A program made the translations under genes and the position numbers. From Felis catus (Eukaryota): a stretch of 64,000 bases of DNA. The stretch lies in the NCBI RefSeq assembly GCF_018350175.1, contig NC_058368.1, positions 175,772,001 to 175,836,000 of the forward strand. Direction: 5' to 3'. Positions within the stretch are counted from its first letter, which is position 1. Every line of letters begins with the position of its first letter. The notes beneath the pieces were generated by a model that was not told where the DNA came from, made no database searches, and saw nothing but the letters and a program-made list of their open reading frames with translations. This document shows positions 47,875 to 61,400 of this stretch, piece after piece.

Positions 47875-48889
47875 CTTATGAAGATAAAAAGCTTCTGCAC
47901 AGCAAAGGAAACAACAAAACTAAAAGGCAACCAACGGAATGGGAAAAGATATTTGCAAATGACATATCGGACAAAGGGCTAGTATCCAAAATCTATAAAG
48001 AGCTCACCAAACTCCACACCCGAAAAACAAATAACCCAGTGAAGAAATGGGCAGAAAACATGAATAGACACTTCTCTAAAGAAGACATCCGGATGGCCAA
48101 CAGGCACATGAAAAAATGCTGAACGTCGCTCCTCATCAGGGAAATACAAATCAAAACCACACTCAGATATCACCTCACGCCAGTCAGAGTGGCCAAAATG
48201 AACAAATCAGGAGACTATAGATGCTGGAGAGGATGTGGAGAAACAGGAACCCTCTTGCACTGTTGGTGGGAATGCAAACTGGTGCAGCCGCTCTGGAAAA
48301 CAGTGTGGAGGTTCCTCAAAAAATTAAAGATAGACCTGCCCTATGACCCAGCAGTAGCACTCTAGGAATTTACCCAAGGGATACAGGAGTACTGATGCAT
48401 AGGGGCCCTTGTACCCCAATGTTTATAGCAGCACTCTCAACAATAGCCAAATTATGGAAAAAGCCTAAATGTCCACCAACTGATGAATGGATAAAGAAAT
48501 TGTGGTTTATATACACAATGGAGTACTACGTGGCAATGAGAAAGAATGAAATATGGCCCTTTGTAGCAATGTGGATGGAACTGGAGAGTGTTAAACTAAG
48601 TGAAATAAGCCATACAGAGAAAGACTGATACCATATGTTCTCACTCTTATGTGGATCCTGAGAAACTTAACAGAAACCCATGGGGGAGGGGAAGAAAAAA
48701 GAAAAAGAGGTTAGAGTGGGAGAGAGCCAAAGCATAAGAGACTCTTAAAAACTGAGAACTAAGGGTTGATGGGGGGTGGGAGGGAGGGGAGGGTGGGTGA
48801 TGGGTATTGAGGAGGGCACCTTTGGAGATGAGCACTGGGTGTTGTATGGAAACCAATTTAACAATAAATTTCATCTATTGGAAAAAAAT
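47875..48889 (+). mobile_element. Young carnivore L1, 5'-truncated (~1 kb: ORF2 C-terminus plus 3'UTR)
   Basis: ORF2 peptides [28 protein letters not shown] and CTPMFIAALSTIAKLWK, with a premature stop at 48120-48122. 16-bp TSD AAGAAAG(T/C)AGGGTCTA (47859-47874 / 48890-48905). Confidence 0.96.
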
Positions 48890-49422
48890 AAGAAAGCAGG
48901 GTCTAATCCAAGGTTACAAAGATCTATACCTCTGTTTTGTTCTAAGAGTTTTATAGCTTCAGCTCTTCCATTTAGGTCTTTGATTCATTTTAAGTTCATT
49001 TTTATATATTATGCAAGGTAGAGGTCCAAGTTCATTCTTTTGCATGTGTGTATCCAGTCATCCCAACACCACTTATTGGAAAGATTATTCTCTCTCCAAT
49101 TTAATTGTCTTGGCAATCAGAAATCAATTGACCGTAAATGTGAGGGTTTATTTCTGCAATCTCAATTCTATTCCACTGATGTACATGTCTCTTTATGATG
49201 GTACCACACTGTTGATTACTATAGCTTTCCAGGACGTTTTGCAATCAGTAACGGTGAGACTTCTAACCTGTTCTTCTTTTTTCAAGATTATTTTGGCTAC
49301 CTGGGGTCCCTTGAATTTCCGTATGAATTTTAGAATCTGTTGGTCATTTTCTGCCAAGAAATCACCTGGGTCTGACAGGAATCGCGTGGACTCCGTAGAT
49401 CAATTTGGGGAGTATTGCCACC

Positions 49423-49843
49423 CGTATTCATTTTCTAGAACTGCCACAAAAAAAGCACCACAAACTGGGTGGCTTAAATAACTGTATCATCTCACAGTTC
49501 TGAAGGCTAGAAGTCTGAGGTCAAGGTGTTGACAGGGCTGGCTCATTCTGGGGGCTGTAAGGGAGGGTCTGTTCCATTCCTCCCCCCAGCTTCGGTTGTT
49601 TTCTGGCAATCTTTGGCATCCCTTGTCTTGTAAATGCATCACTCTGATCTCTGCCTTCGTCTTCACATGTTGTGAAGATGTCCTTTTATAAAGACACCTG
49701 TCAGATTGGAATAGGCCCACTCTAATGATCTCATCCACACTTAATCATCTGCAAAGATCCTATTTCCAAATAAGGTCACATCACAGGTACTGGAGGTTAA
49801 GATTTCAACATCTTTTGGGGGAAACACAACTCAATCTGTAACA
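49423..49843 (-). mobile_element. MaLR LTR (MLT1B/C-like)
   Basis: Contains CCACAAACTGGGTGGCTTAAA...CTCACAGTTCTGAAGGCTAGAAGTC and CCTATTTCCAAATAAGGTCACA. Confidence 0.85.
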
Positions 49844-52257
49844 CCGTCTTAATTAACAATGTTAGGTCTTCTGATCCATGAACATGAGATGTCTTTCCAT
49901 TTATTTGCGACTTCTTCAATTTCTTTCAACAACGTTTTGTAGTTTTCAAAGTATAGGTTTTATACTTGGTTAAAATTTTTCTTGGTATTTGATTCTTTTT
50001 GATGCTATTATTGTCAATGAAATTGTTTTCTTAATGTAATTTGCACTTTACTCATTGCTACTATATCAAAATAAATTTGACTTTTGTACCTTGATCTTGT
50101 ATCCTGCAACCACGCTGAGCTTATTTATTGCTTCTAATAGTTTTTTAGTGTATTCCTTATGTCATTCTATCTGCAAAGAGATAGTTTTATTTCTTCTGCT
50201 TCTATCAGGATGCCTTTCTTTCATTTTCTTGCCTATTACTTTTCTTTTGCCCTGATTTCTACATCATTTGTTTCTTTCTTCTTCGTGTGGTACATACTTC
50301 TGTAAGCCATCCCAAATCATTTTGTAAAAGATGGGATATAAATTAACACATTTAAAAATAAAGCTCATTATTAATACAATCTGTTTTTTTTTTTCAATTC
50401 ACCCAGAAGCCCTGAATTTTGACAATGAATCTTCCTTGATTCCACTGAATTTTTAGAGGCCAAAAAAAAAAAAAATATCCAAAATTCCTGATGATCTAGC
50501 AACTTAATTATCTACCAAATATCGAAGGATGATGACATCAACCATCATCCTTCAAAATGATGCTTTGTAAGAAGGGCAATATATAAATATATTTCATCCT
50601 ATAAAAACACACTAACTTTTTTTAAGTATTATAAACAGTACCAGATTATCAGATCTTTAAGAAAACTCTAGGGACTGCAAATTCACAAAGTGGTCTGTGA
50701 CAGGTGGTGAGTGCAAGTTCATTGTTTAATGTCTTTCTTTGCCTTCTCCCAGGGCAGACCTGTGTCTTGGCTTCATTTCTAGCTCCAGCACTGGTACTGT
50801 CCCTGACATATAATGAGTATTTAGTGAATATTGGTCAATTCTAATTCAGATGAGCTGATTTGTTATCTCTTAAGAAGAACATTTCAATGTATTTCTGATC
50901 TCATGATTAGAAATCTCAATGATTTTAACTCTGAAAACATATTAATACTTCCATCACAATTTTAATGGTGGCTAAGTTGACCAGATGTACACCACTTCTA
51001 GGCTGTGGAACAAACGAATGGGAAAGTAAATTCCCTCCTGTTACTCATCAGCTGCACGGACTCTGCACTGGTATTCTCCAAGGATCAATCGGCCTCCCCC
51101 TCCCCACCCACAGGGCTGATGCTGCATGGGCAGATCCAGGAATTTTCTTCTTTGCCCAGAAGAACGGCAGGAGGGTTCAGTTCACGGGACACCGTATATT
51201 TCTATGCCACTAAGCCTCATCATTGCTAAGTGCAAGGGCTTTCATGATTTATTGCCTTTTATCCTTATCCTAGTTATTTATTTCTGGGCAACAAAAGGGC
51301 CCCAAACTTAGTGATGTTATTATCCTATCACATTTTGTGAATCAGGAATTTAGCAGGACACATCTATGTGATTCTTATGCCCCATGTGGCATCCACTAAG
51401 GTCAGTCATAATCAGTTTAGGTGGGCTGGTCTAGAGGATCCAAGATGGCTTTAATTATATATCTGGTGACTTTGGGGGGTGGGGGCTGGCTGGAAGGCTG
51501 GGATCAGTTAGGATCATGAACCAGAGTGCCTAAACATGGCCTCTCCAACTTTGGGGCACTCAGAGTAGTTGATTTATTGCATGACAGCTCAGAGCTCCCA
51601 GAGACAAACTTCCACGAGAGAGGGGGTAGAAACTACCAATCTCTTAAGACCCACGTTTGGAAACTGACACCACATCACTTCTGCCATATTCTATCGGCCA
51701 GTCAGAAGCCCACCCAGAGGTATAGGCCCCATCTCTGGACGAATGCAAGGCCAAGGAATTTGGAACCACTTTTAATCCATTACAACCCTCACCTCCCACT
51801 CACAATCCCTTTCCTCATAGGCAGCCTTTCTGTGTGTTTAATGTGTATCCTTGAATTTGAATGCAGTCTGTTCCAGAAATTATGTCAATTTGTGTGTACA
51901 TTGCTTCCCTTCCTCTGACTGACGGGAGCCTCCAGGGACGGCCTCCTGAGTGGCCCGGTACTCCCCTGCCACAAACAATGCTGAATGAGCACTTTTTCAT
52001 ATGACCCTTTAGGCTAGAGTGTCTCTGGCCCGTATACCAAGGGTTGGCACATTGCCTAGCCAGCAGCAGGGAATTCACACGGTTAACTTGCACCAGCCCT
52101 TTCAGACTGCTCTGCAAAATGGCACACCTGACCTCACTCCCTTGCAGAGAACCAGAGTTCCCCTCCCACCCGCACTACGGCCAACAGCTGGCGTTACACA
52201 ACCTTCTAATTTTCACCCATCGGATGGATATACACAATGAAGTTTCATGTTGAACCT

Positions 52258-52334
52258 TTTTTAAAAAAATTTTTTTACATTTTTATTTGACAGAGAGCGA
52301 CAGAGTGTGGGCAGGGGAGGGGCAGACACACACA

Positions 52335-52383
<49 letters not shown>

Positions 52384-52510
52384 CCCAAAGCAGGCTCCAG
52401 TCTCTGAGCTGTCAGCACAGAGCCTGACGTGGGGCTCGAACTCACAAACCATGAGATCATGACCTGAGCTGAAGTCGGACACTTAACTGACTGAGCCACC
52501 CAGGCACCCC
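52258..52510 (-). mobile_element. CanSINE with an internal (CA)n microsatellite
   Basis: (CA)n at ~52326-52382. Flanks CATGTTGAACCTTTT / CATGTTGGACTTTT. Confidence 0.92.
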
Positions 52511-53243
52511 ATGTTGGACTTTTTAAACAAAGCCTTCTCTCCTCTTGGGAAAATACAAGGGAAGGGAAGGAGAGGAAGAGGCAGCTGGCTTCCCAGGCAG
52601 CTTGCCTGGAAGGAGTCCATCCCATAAGGCCAAGGCTGGCTGTGGCTATCTCCCTGCACATCCTGGGATCTGAGGGAGGGTGGACCACAGGGCCTCCGAG
52701 TCACCAAGACTCCTCCTCCCCGTTTCTCTCTCCTCCCTTTCCTGGGACCAGAGACTTTAACTTTAGGGGGAACTATATCGTTCTGTTTTAATCTTTAGCC
52801 TCCTGTGCTCTCTCTCCTATTCCTCCCTTTCTCCTTCCTGCTTTCCCCACAGAACAGATGTGGCCCGAGCCCAAATTTTTAGGAAAATCTGCTGAGACGC
52901 CAGCTGCCTTTCTCCGGAACCACGGAACCCCTGACCCCTTCGACTGTTAGGTTTCATCAGAGGACCTCGGATCTCTGGCCAGAATATTTGCACTGAAGTC
53001 AGCAGGGCCCTCTAGCTATTAAGATAACTTGCTAAAATCCCTGAAGATTTGCACAAATAGAAGGAAGAAGGAGATGCTATTTTTTTTTTTAAACACTGGC
53101 TCCAGTTAGAGACAGTTTGTCTGGAAGGAGTACAGAGTCACTGGATTCTTCACAGAGAGTGCATCATCTCTTTCGGAACTACATGGACTAAGGGAGATGC
53201 ACAGACAAAGGAGTTAAATTGTTCTGATTAAGAAAGGAACAGC

Positions 53244-53440
53244 AGGGGCTCCTGAGCAGGGGCTCAGGTCATGATCTCGGGGTTTGTGGGTTTGAGCCCC
53301 CTGTCAGGCTCTGTGCTGACAGCTCAGAGCCTGGAGCCTGCTTTGGATTCTGCGTCTCCCTCTCTCTCTGCCCCTCCCAGCTCATGCTCTGTCTCTCTCT
53401 CTCTCAAAAATAAATAAATGTTAAAAGTTTTTTAAAAAAG
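53244..53440 (+). mobile_element. CanSINE with a partly deleted head
   Basis: Body, CT tract and tail are recognisable. Confidence 0.85.
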
Positions 53441-53969
53441 GAAAAAGAAAGAAAGAGAAAGGGACAGCATTTTGGAACTTGGCCAGCAGCTGCATGCTGA
53501 CCGCTGGAGGAAGCAGGGTTTGCAGGAGTCGACCCAAGGACTTTAGGGCAGAGTAATTTAGTCTGGAAACGACACATCTTGGTTAACTGCAGACCTTCAG
53601 GAAACATCTGTGAAACTTGACAGCTGTGTGCTGGTGGTCAGTGAAAACCGGCATTAGGTTGACAAGGACAGAAAGAAAGAAGGAAACAGTCCGAGGGGAG
53701 AGAGAGGAATGGGATAGAGTGCTCAGTATGAACAGGAAATCAGAGGCAGGAAGTGACCAATAAAGTAAAACCCCCTGCAGTGGGGAGTGAGGTGGAGTGG
53801 GGGAGGGGGCGATGGGGTGCTGGGAGGGCTGAACAGGGGTCAGGGGGTGGGATCCGGGAACACTTGGGAAAGATCCCCAGGCTCTTCCATAATTCGTGGA
53901 ATGGGGTTCTCAGGAAGGAGGACCCCAGAACTGTGAGCCTGGGAATATGCAAACTTGAAGACATCTGGG

Positions 53970-53989
53970 ACACACACATGCGCGCGCAT

Positions 53990-54030
<41 letters not shown>
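53970..54030. repeat. Compound (CA)n/(CG)n microsatellite
   Basis: CACACACATGCGCGCGCATG followed by about 20 CA units; alternating purine-pyrimidine throughout. Confidence 0.92.
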
Positions 54031-54031
<1 letters not shown>

Positions 54032-54326
54032 CTTTCTGCAGGACCAAAGATCCTAGAGCAGCAGTCCTCAACCTTGGCAGCATATGTGAATTATCCAGGG
54101 GTTTTAAAAACCTGCCGAGCCTACCCCTCCACTAAACGAATCACATCAGAATCTGTGGGATAGGACCCAGGCCTCGGGTTTTCAAAGCTCCCAGGAATAC
54201 AATGTCGCCATTAAAAAAAGATGTCCGGGAAGCATATTTTGTGACTGTACTATTAACTGAAAAAACAGTGCTCACAAACGATTTTGTCCAGTATTACCCA
54301 ATTTTTGCAAAGATTTTTAAAGCTCA

Positions 54327-54795
54327 GGGGTGCCTGGGTGGCTCAGTCAGTTAAGCGTCCGACTCTTGATTTCGGCTTGGGTCATGCATGATCTCAGGGT
54401 TCGTGAGTTCAAGCCCTGCATCGGGCTCTGCATTGACAGTGCAGAGCCTGCTTAGGATTCTCTCTCTCTGCCCCTTCCCTGCTCACACACGTGCTTTCTC
54501 TCTCTCTGCTTCTCTCCCTCTCTCTCTGTCTCTCTCAAAATATATAAACTTAAAAAAATTTTAGGGGCGCCTGGGTGGCGCAGTCGGTTAAGCGTCCGAC
54601 TTCAGCCAGGTCACGATCTCTCATTCCGGGAGTTTGAGCCCTGCGTCAGGCTCTGGGCTGATGGCTCGGAGCCTGGAGCCTGTTTCCGATTCTGTGTCTC
54701 CCTCTCTCTCTGCCCCTCCCCCGTTCATGTTCTGTCTCTCTCTGTCCCAAAAATAAATAAACGTTGAAAAAAAAAATTAAAAAAAAAAATTTTAA
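54327..54795 (+). mobile_element. Tandem CanSINE pair (older 54327-54562, young 54563-54795 in its tail)
   Basis: Two consecutive heads, with TTAAAAAAA...TTTTA on both sides of the second copy. Confidence 0.92.
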
Positions 54796-54939
54796 AGTAC
54801 AGGCGGATGACATCTACCCCAGAATGTTGACAGTGGTTTTTCTCTGAATGGAGCTATTATGGGGTAGTTTGCGCTAATCTGAATTTTCCTAAATTTCTAT
54901 AAATAAATTACTTTTACAATGAGAAACACTTAACGAACT

Positions 54940-56050
54940 GTAACCATTTGTGCTCACCAGCTCCGAGGTGGCGCTCAATGAGCCCCACATCCTGGCATTC
55001 CCTGCTGCTGTGTATATCCTCTCACACTGAGTCAGGGATGGTCAGTGTGACCAATGGAACACCGCAGAAGAAATGGTGCATGACATCCAAGGCTAAGTCA
55101 TAGGACAGTGTGACTTCCACCTTTTCTCTTGGATCATTTTCTCCGGGGGATGCCAGCTGCCATGTTGCGCGAGGTTGCTCGAGCAATCCCACGGAAGAGC
55201 CACGTGGAGAAGAAGCGAGGCCTTCACCACAGCCAGCGTGCCCTTGCCAAACATCTGAGTGAGCCACCTTGGAGGCAGGTCTCCAGCCCCAGTCCAGCCT
55301 TCGGATGACAGCCACCCCAGCTGACAGTTTGACTGCAACCTCATGAATGCACAGGAACCAGGTCGCCCAGCTAGGCTGTTCCCGAATTCTCGATTCACAG
55401 AAACCGTGAAACACAACCAATGTTTGCTGTTGTTTTAAGCTGCTAAGTTTTGGGGTAATCTGTTTTGCAGGAGCAGATAATGAATATGAAGTCTGGTACC
55501 AGAAGTGGGGTGCCACTGGAACATAAAACTAAGCCAGCAGAAGCGGGGAGGCCTCTGAAGAAAGTGGGAATGTCGAAATGGCATCAACTTGGCAGAAGGG
55601 GGATGTTAGTGAGGATTTAAAGGAAAATATGGGGCGTCTGGGTGGCTCAGTCAGTTCAGTGTCCAGCTTTAGCTCAGGTCATGATCTCACCACTCGTGAG
55701 TTTAAGCCCCACGTCGGGCTCTGTGCTGACAGGTCAGAGCCTGGAGCCCGCTTTGGATTCTGAGTCTCCCTCTCTCTCTGCCCCTCCCCAACTCATGCTC
55801 TGTCTCTGTCTCTCTTTCAAAAATAAACATTAAAAAAATTTTTTTTAAATAAAAATAAAGGAAACTATACTGGAAATGGAAGAAAAGGGACTTCCGTTGT
55901 GGAGAGGCAGACATTTAGCAACAATGCAGCAACACGGATACTAGAGAACGTACGTAACAAATGGGGTGATCCAGCTAGGGATTCTTCCAGGCAAGCCCAG
56001 CTGTTGGGATCCTCCACTAAAGGTATCTTCCTCCTTACACATATAAAAGA
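54940..56050 (+). mobile_element. MaLR LTR (MLT1F-like) plus the start of the internal region, with a CanSINE at 55631-55857
   Basis: LTR end TTTTAAGCTGCTAAGTTTTGGGGTAATCTG...GATAATGAATA followed by TGGTACCAGAAGTGGGGTGC. SINE TSD AAAGGAAA(A/C)TAT. Confidence 0.78.
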
Positions 56051-57163
56051 ATCAGGGCATGTGGGCCTGCCCTTGGCCTCTGGGCAGGTCTCATCCAGCC
56101 TCATGAGCTGTGCCCACGGGCCTCCGTGGAGTTGATGATAGGTAGAAGGTTGTGACTCTTGCTGATCCCCAGATTGGGTCTCAGGGAGCTTGGGAGTAAG
56201 ACAACATTGTGTCCCCAGAGTCTAGAGCAGATTAGACCCTCAACATATTTCTAAGGAAGGGGAGGGAAGTGGAGGGGACCCAAGGGAAGTACCGAATCAA
56301 CACCTCCGCCCTGCCCAGTGGCTTGCACGGGCCACGAGAAGCCTGTAAACTGAATGACACAGCAATACGGACCAGAGCTAGGGTGCACTTTGGGGTACCT
56401 GTGCCCCTCGATGGTGGGGGTGGGTAGCCTGGATAGGATCTGCACACTGGAGGGCTAACATGGAGATGTTACTCTAATGACAGAAGCCACTAGCCGGCAT
56501 GCTGTCCAGATGATGAGGTACAGATGGCCTGGACTTTCAAGTGATTTACCTTTACTTACTTCTTATGTATATGTGTCTTCTGCCTGTTCAGCATCCTTGA
56601 ACACCCTAAAACTTTGGAGAATTTCCTCCTTCTGTGTCCCTGACTCCCCAGAGAAGCCAGAAACTTTGTTTTCCAGAACTAGGGTGCAGGCACATGACCA
56701 GGCTCACCCATTACATAAGTAGCCAAACTTTAAGAGCCGGCAGCAAGAAGATGAGGCAGGTTCCCATGGAGGCAGGGAGGCAGCAGAGGATCCGGGGTAT
56801 TTAGGGGCTCACAGAATCGCTCCCTGGAGCTGCCCTGCAGTGGCACAGCCCTGCTCCCCCTCAGAGCCTCTTGGCCTGGTTCCTGGACTGATCCAGAGAT
56901 GCTGGGAGCCCCCCAGCCCCAATATCCCATAATAAATTCTGTTTCTGCTTAAACTCACTGCAGGTGGCTTCTGGAGTCTACAGAAAGCCCCCCCGCCCAG
57001 GCTTCCCCACTGGTGTTGCCTCTTCGGAAGGGAGGCATTTAGCACACTTATATGATGGCAGCATGGGGTGAATTTTACCCTCTCAGACACGGCTGGTTCC
57101 AAAACTATTCCAGATACCCCATAGGGAAAATGGACCCCCAACTGGGGAATTTATCTTTTAAAA

Positions 57164-57380
57164 GGGCTGTTTTGGGTGGCTCAGTTGGTTAAGTGTCCAA
57201 CTTAGGTCACGATCTCATGGTTTGTGAGTTCGAGCCCCACATCAGGCTCTCTGCTGTCAGCACAGAGCCTGCCTTAGATCCTCTGTCTTTCCCTCTCTCT
57301 GCCCCTGCCCTACTCATTCTCTCTCTCCCTCTCTCCCTCTCTCTCTCTCTCTCTCAAAAATAACAAAAGCGTTTAAAAAA
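57164..57380 (+). mobile_element. CanSINE
   Basis: Diverged head, B-box, CT tract and tail. Confidence 0.87.
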
Positions 57381-58164
57381 GTGCTGTTTTGATCATCTGG
57401 AATGAGCTGCGCCCCCCACCCCCACCTTCTACCTCTCTCCCACTCAGATCCATCCTCCAGTGGGTGACCAGAGTGATCTTTCCTGAAAATGATCCAGCTG
57501 TCCCACCGCCCTGTGACACCTGTGCTGGGCGTTCCCCCACCCAACCCCACCCGGTCCCTCCTCTCTGCTCCACCCTGTAGAGGGGCATCAGCAGGCCATG
57601 GGAGGGCGTGTGAGGAGAGTGGGCACGTGACATTCATGACTCAGTTCCTTCCCCTCCAGGTCACACGGTTGGCCGCACCCCTCTCCCGCAGACTCTTCGC
57701 CACAGGGCCGCCCTCTCTGGGTTCTGATCCTCCCCCCCTCCCTGCCTGCCTCCTGGAGATGGTCACACCTTCCTAAAAAGGTGGTCACATAACACCGCCC
57801 AGTCCCAGCTAAGCCCCATTCCTGTTAGTCATCCTAAACCCCATCCACCCCTTTGCAAATAGCCCCTCTGAGTGTGGCATCCGTGTCCTGAGAGGCCCCG
57901 GTCCACACAACGTCCTTCAGTCCATGTTTAAGTTTCAGGGCAGACCCACCCCCCACCCCCCGGCCCCAGGACAAAGCCAGGCTTCCTAACACAGGGAGAT
58001 CTGGCCCCTGCCAACCTCTCCGCTCCCATGCCCTCATTGACTGTGCTAGCCTTTTCTGTGCCTCAGGCCCATCCCTCACTGAGGGGCACCCTCACCCCTC
58101 TCGCCCACCTCACAGCTGTCTGCTCCAGGAAGCTGTGCCAGGCCCCCGGATGTCCACAGCTGAA

Positions 58165-58565
58165 TCCCCAGACCCCTTGTCACAGTGTATGGCAAAGTCT
58201 CTGTACGTGCGGTAAGTTATGGATCTTGAGACCGGAAGATTATCGCCCATTATCCAGGTGAGCCCTAAAAAGCATGACAAGCAACCTTAAAGAGGGAGGC
58301 AGAAGGACATTTGGCCACAGGGGAACAGGCCATGTCGTGACAGAGCTGAGATCGAATATGGTCAGCCTCTAGAAGCTGAAAAAGGCAAAGAACGTTTTCT
58401 ACCCTCAGTGGTTCCAGAAGGGGCCAGCCCTGCCGACACCTTGACCTTGACCAGTGAGACTCATGTCAGACTTTTGGTCTCCAGAACTGAAAGGGAATAC
58501 ATTTATGCTGCTTTAAGCCATTGAGCTTATGGTAATTTGTTAAAGTAGCCAGAGAAAACTAATCA
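58165..58565 (+). mobile_element. MaLR LTR (MLT1D-like)
   Basis: Contains CAGCCCTGCCGACACCTTGA...CTCCAGAACTG...TTTAAGCCATTGAGCTTATGGTAATTTGTTA. Confidence 0.8.
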
Positions 58566-59997
58566 GAAGCCTTTCCCAACCAGAAGCTGGCTTGGTGGCC
58601 CCATCTGAGCCACACTGCCACCGGGTCCTAACTAAGGGCACTGCTCGCACTGGGCTGGACCTGCCTGCTTATCTGCCGGTCTTCTCCAGCAGACCCTGGG
58701 TAGGGGTGTGCCTTTTCTGTTTCCCTAGGACCTGCAGAGGGTCCAGCAGGAGGGGTGGCATGAATGAAAGGCTCAAGGACAAACTGTCTGCCTGCCATTG
58801 TCAATTACCAAACTGAGACGCCATGAGGCAGGGACGCTCACCTACGATCTTCAGAAACGTAACTCCTCCCAGTGACCCATTGGACATCAGCACTGGCTCC
58901 CAGGACACCAGTTGTCACTTTTCTACAACAGCTCCAGCGGGACCAAATCAGGGCTGAGACCCAGGTCCTTCAGTGACTAAAGTCCTCAGAGAGCTGAGTT
59001 TCACAGCCCACATTCTTGGAGTCCCAGGGAGCATGAAATCTGGGGATAGTATCCCATAAAGCATGGAAAACAAAGCAAAGAACCTGGGAGATGTGCATGA
59101 CAGCCCTTTCTTTTCTGTCCCCTGCTTCCTTCTGAGATTCAGGGACAGGAGGAGACCGCTCAGCCCCTCCGGGATAGGGGCAGGCAGCCTTCTCTGTGTG
59201 CTCAGCTCTCTGTCCCCTGGCACTGAGGGGCAAGGCCACAGCTGCTACGAGGGGTCTAGGTTAAACTCACACAGGTGATCTTGAATCCTCTCCACCCTCC
59301 TTCTCTGAACAAGGAAGACCTTACTTCTGCCATCACACTCAACTCCACAGACACCGGTCAACCCTTCCACCGGGGACAGGTTGTGGCCTGCCGGGCTCCC
59401 TGACCGAGTCTTCTGGCCTGGCCACCACCACCATGGGCTACGGACGGCCAGGTGCCTGGGACCACAACCCATTCCAAAGCCCTCCACTTAGCTCCCTATG
59501 CGCCCATCCCTCCCTCCCTTGTCCCTTCTGCTAGCCTGGAGAGTCTTTGAGGGCAGCCACCAGCAATGTTCTCTTGTATCCCCAGAACCTAGAAAAGGAC
59601 CTGGCATATAAGTTTGCTTAATGATGAAAGCAGAGCAAGGCAGGAAGTGTGGGCAGTGAGAAGAAGGATGGTGTTTGCTATGGTGGCCTCTCTAGTGGCC
59701 ACTGCTTTACTCAGAAGAAAGATCTGGATACCCTCGTTCTCCACCCCACAAACCTCATTCGTCCTCTGCCCTCCTGTCTCCCACTCCTCCTTGCTCCCTC
59801 ACCCAAACCACACTGGACTTCTTGCTGTTCTTTGAAGCTGCAGGAACGCTCCCTGCCTCGGGGCCTTTGCACTGGCTGTTCCCTCTACCTATAATGCTCT
59901 TCCCCCAGATGTCCTCATGACTTAAGCCCTTACTTCTTCAAAACTTTGTTCAAATGGCATTTTATGAATTGCCCTATCCTGATTACCCAATTAAAAA

Positions 59998-60215
59998 TTT
60001 TTTTAATGTTTATTCTTTTTTTGAGAGAGAGACAGAGTGCGACCAGGGGAGGGACAGAGAGAGAGAGAGAGAGACACATACACAGAATCTGAAGCAGGCT
60101 CCAGGCTCCGAGCTGTCAGCACAGAGCCCGACGTGGGGCTCAAACCCACAAACCAAATGATCATGACCTGAGCCGAAGCTGGACGCTCAACTAACTGAGC
60201 CACGCGGGCGCGCCC
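59998..60215 (-). mobile_element. CanSINE within an L2 3' fragment (~59800-60440, +)
   Basis: Full copy with flanks GATTACC(C/G)AATT. Confidence 0.9.
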
Positions 60216-60439
60216 CGATTACCGAATTTTAAACCACAACTCCTCCAGCACCCCCAATCTCCCTTGCCTGCTCAACTCCCCCTTTTAAATAGTTATCATC
60301 GACCCTATTATCTCATTGTTTATAGTCTTTCTCCGTGTGGGTGAGAATCTTGTTCAAAGTTGTTTCCTCTGTGCCTAGAGCGATGCCTGTCACAAAGTGG
60401 GCCCTCAGCAAAGATTTGTTGGAGAAATGAATACACGTA

Positions 60440-61400
60440 TTGAATGAATTAACAATTAGGGCATGCTTCACTGAATGATGACGGTGAACCGAGTCATGTA
60501 GGAAAAGGCAGAGCAATGGGAGTATCTGAGAGAAGAACATTCCAGGCCGAGGGAACAGCCAGTGCAAAAACCCCTGTGCGCCCAAGCAACAGCAAAGAAG
60601 CCAGTGTGGCCAGAAGACAGCAAGAACAGGTGGGAAGGGTGGGAAAGAGGAGAGACGCAGGGGAGATGGGAAACCACTGTGGGGTTTAGAGCATGGATGC
60701 GACATGATTGGTTTTATAAACATCGTTGTGTCTTCTGGGTAGAAAACAGACTCAAAAGGAGGCACAGAAGCAGCAGGGAGACTAGTTAGAAAATGTCTGG
60801 GATCATCCGGATGGGAGACCTGGGGGGCAGCCGTGGAGGTGGCGAGAAGGGGTTGGAATTGGAACTGAAGGAAGAACCGAGTAGATTTTCTCTTGGACTG
60901 GATGGGGAGTAGGAGAGAGAAGAGACACATCAGAGACAACTTCAGGCTTCATCCCGAGCAACCAGAAAGACGGAGATGTCACCTACCAAGATGAGGACAA
61001 ATGGGATCCAGATGGGGCCAAGGAATCAGGAGTTCCATCTGGGCATTTTAAACATGAGGTGCCCACTGGAAATCTAAGAGGAAATGTCAAGTAAGCAGTT
61101 GGATATGGGAGCCTCGAATTCACTGGAGACCGCGGGCTAGCTGTACAAATTTGGGAGTCCCCAGAACTCAGGAGGTTATGCACTCACCTGCACGGGGGTG
61201 CAGGTAGAGAGGAGAGGGGTCCAGGACTGAGTCCTGGGCCCCAGCGCTGAGAGTGGAGGACCCGGTAAGAGCAGAGGGGAGGGGGGGAGAACCGGGAAGG
61301 CAAGGTGTCCGGGAAGCCAGATGGAGGCCGTCTCAAGGAGGAGGGCGCCTGGGCTGTTCACATGCTGCTGAAGGATCCAGGGAGATGGGGCAGCACTTGG
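60440..61400 (-). mobile_element. L2 fragment
   Basis: Reversed L2 3'-region motifs (AACATTCCAGGCCGAGGGAACAGCCAGTGCAAA; GGAAATGTCAAGTAAGCAGTTGGATAT). Confidence 0.75.

Larger units (their letters stand above)
46680..50250 (-). mobile_element. Old L1M body, interrupted by a SINE, a young L1 and an MLT1 LTR
   Basis: Continuous reversed ORF2-type sequence (e.g. GGAATTGCTGGATCACATGGTAACTC, TTGATTTGCATTTTCCTGATGACTAATGATGTTGAGCATCTTTTCA) that resumes after each insert. Confidence 0.88.

Noticed and set aside
47766..48628. L1 ORF2-like ORFs as a functional or domesticated gene
   Set aside because: A 5'-truncated fragment with a premature stop and frameshifts, lacking the endonuclease and RT domains.
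60313..60939. 208-aa minus-strand ORF
   Set aside because: Lies within decayed L2 sequence.
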